Of a stretch of 64,000 nucleotides of DNA, positions 63,755-64,000 are shown piece after piece. A model generated the notes under the pieces. That model was given only the letters and a program-made list of their open reading frames with translations, was not told where the DNA came from and ran no database searches. Each line of letters opens with the position of its first letter. Positions within the stretch are counted from its first letter, which is position 1. Made by a program: the position numbers and the translations under genes. This DNA comes from Promethearchaeota archaeon. GTDB taxonomy: Archaea > Asgardarchaeota > Lokiarchaeia > Sigyniarchaeales > SOKP01. The stretch is taken from the NCBI GenBank assembly GCA_048937405.1, contig JBHLNF010000002.1:288001-352000 (forward strand). Direction: 5' to 3'.

Positions 63755-64000
63755 GTGGAAGAATATAAACAAGTAATTTTAGTTAGAACGGATCTTAAAA
63801 TGGGGACTGGTAAAAAATGTGCCCAATCGTGTCATGCGAGTGTTTCCGCTTCAGATCTGGTGAGAATTAAAAATAAACCTGCCTGGAAGAATTGGAAGAA
63901 TTCTGGTCAGAAAAAGGTTGTTTTAAAAATACAAAATATGGACCAATTTAAAGACGTTGTAATCAAACTTGAATCAAGTAAGATACCATATTTCATTGTG
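63755..64000 (+). CDS. pth2: Peptidyl-tRNA hydrolase Pth2 (3' truncated by window edge)
   Basis: [28 protein letters not shown]...[12 protein letters not shown]. Confidence 0.93.
   Translation, partial: MEEYKQVILVRTDLKMGTGKKCAQSCHASVSASDLVRIKNKPAWKNWKNSGQKKVVLKIQNMDQFKDVVIKLESSKIPYFIV

Noticed and set aside
1-64000. tRNA, rRNA, transposase or integrase genes
   Set aside because: None recognised on either strand. Small or highly divergent ones cannot be excluded without a search.

Overview
AT-rich archaeal chromosomal window, almost certainly an Asgard archaeon of the Lokiarchaeia (Promethearchaeota). The evidence is a Loki-type profilin, Rab- and Arf/Rag-like small GTPases, longin-like proteins, eL38, a thermosome subunit and Loki-CTERM-like anchors. 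Core-looking blocks lie at about 1-14 kb and 57-64 kb. They flank an accessory region (about 24-56 kb) of unrelated single genes: GNATs, GrpB, a phosphotransferase, an acyltransferase, esterases, a methyltransferase, radical SAM enzymes and gene remnants. Two things stand out. (1) At least 13 copies of an unannotated, palindrome-rich 45-80 bp repeat (core AATTTTCATTGAAATCAGACTCTGAATTTAC) lie between the accessory genes. They are often spaced one per gene and keep the same orientation regardless of gene strand, which resembles a cassette array, but they lack canonical attC ends and no integrase is present in the window. (2) A 1575-aa protein has a Toll-like-receptor-like layout: signal anchor, three beta-helix solenoids, one TM helix, a PCI-like domain and a C-terminal TIR domain. 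Two unlisted genes (rpl40e and a partial pth2), several pseudogene fragments and three homopolymer frameshifts were also read from the sequence. All calls are by eye, without database searches.
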